Source: Vicugna vicugna
Taxonomy: Eukaryota
Direction of reading: 5' to 3'
DNA: 64,000 nt
Assembly (NCBI GenBank): GCA_013265495.1
Contig: MU058423.1
Location: forward strand, 447,061-511,060
Each line of letters begins with the position of its first letter. Position 1 is the first letter of the stretch. The notes beneath the pieces were generated by a model. The model saw only the letters and a list, made by a program, of their open reading frames with translations. It was not told where the DNA came from and did not search any database. Made by a program: the position numbers and the translations under genes. Below are positions 63,301-64,000 of the stretch, in pieces.

Positions 63301-64000
63301 ATGTGCAGTCAGGTAATGTCCAAGAAGGAGGAAGGACTTTTCCTTCCTTAGAGTTTGGTTTTTGGAGTAAGGAATTATCCCCTAGAAGTCTCACTTGACT
63401 TTGGTTAGGAAGCAGGGATGGGAAGTTAATGAATGGTTGTAGGCTGTGAAATGAACAGTCTATTATAGACTGTAACTCAGTCATGAAGGCAGAACTCAGG
63501 CCTCTATTCATTAGGCCTGTCAGATCAAAGTAAGAACCTTATTGCATCCATCTCTTTTTCTTTGGGGGCACCATGAGCTGCCATATAAAGATTCCTATGG
63601 GTCAGACCAGTCTGATTATCAGGCTGGCCAGTTGCCTATTATGATAGCCAAGCTCTCTATGCAATCTGGCAATAAATGCTGTTCCCCAGGCCTGTTTTAC
63701 CTCGTTACAGTCCCAATCCAATTGAAATTGTGCATCTCTATTCCAACTACATCTTTTCTCCACCAACAATCTTGGCTGACAGATAATAGCCACTCTAGCT
63801 TTTTATAAAGATGTTGGTGTTCCCTTAGTAATGTATTTACCATTGCCTTGACAAAAGATGTATGTTTTGGGTCCTTTTGGGAGACATAGTTATGAGATGG
63901 GTAAGCAATCATGATAAATCCACCCCAATATTTCTGTCTTGGTCTTTGAATTTACTTCCTCTAAAGTTTACCTTATAATTTCTGGCATCTCCAATGCATT
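60400..64000 (-). mobile_element. Degraded ERV-L internal sequence (gag-pol), running off the window end
   Basis: hand translation: NALEMPE...ILGWIYH and SQKDPKHTSFVKAMVNTLLR (gag, about 63800-64000); KHNQVVISVKSTAPDVVFLLKLINIIPGTYNAA (RT, about 62285-62390); GLFGFKQQYMPH and QVTNKAANFE*NSEEEKA (about 61748-61865); all resemble ERV-L/MERVL with stops and frameshifts; left boundary uncertain. Confidence 0.8.
63085..63480 (-). mobile_element. MaLR MLT1-type LTR nested in the ERV-L
   Basis: cattaggctagtttaggcttcattaacagaaa...ttaattcaacaactcagaagtaccattaaagacctgggctcttt. Confidence 0.6.

Overview
Mammalian nuclear DNA, most likely camelid (alpaca/llama/camel), judged from four copies of a tRNA-derived SINE resembling vic-1. 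I can support no protein-coding exon, so the window is intergenic or deep intronic. The ORF track is mostly spurious; the only recognisable peptides are LINE-1 ORF2 remnants and a decayed ERV-L gag/pol. Much of the window is a retroelement fossil record: many MIRs, L2, CR1/L3, HAL1/L1M, younger L1 3' ends, MaLR LTRs, hAT-type MITEs, two solo ERV1-type LTRs with tandem CCAAT arrays, and ERV-L internal sequence at the right end. Repeat-poor, motif-rich candidate enhancers lie between these. The most striking structure is at 47813-48625. One 15-bp target site (AAGGAAGGGAGATTC) occurs four times and separates three different retroposed RNAs: an L1 3' end, U2 snRNA nt 1-33, and a polyadenylated ~515-nt non-repeat RNA. 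This points to repeated reuse of one integration site. Also notable are a tail-less internal L1 RT fragment with direct repeats, poly(A)-only insertions, a three-level L1 nest, and a duplicated ~85-bp module. Repeat family names come from recalled consensus motifs, not from a database search, and boundaries of old repeats are approximate.
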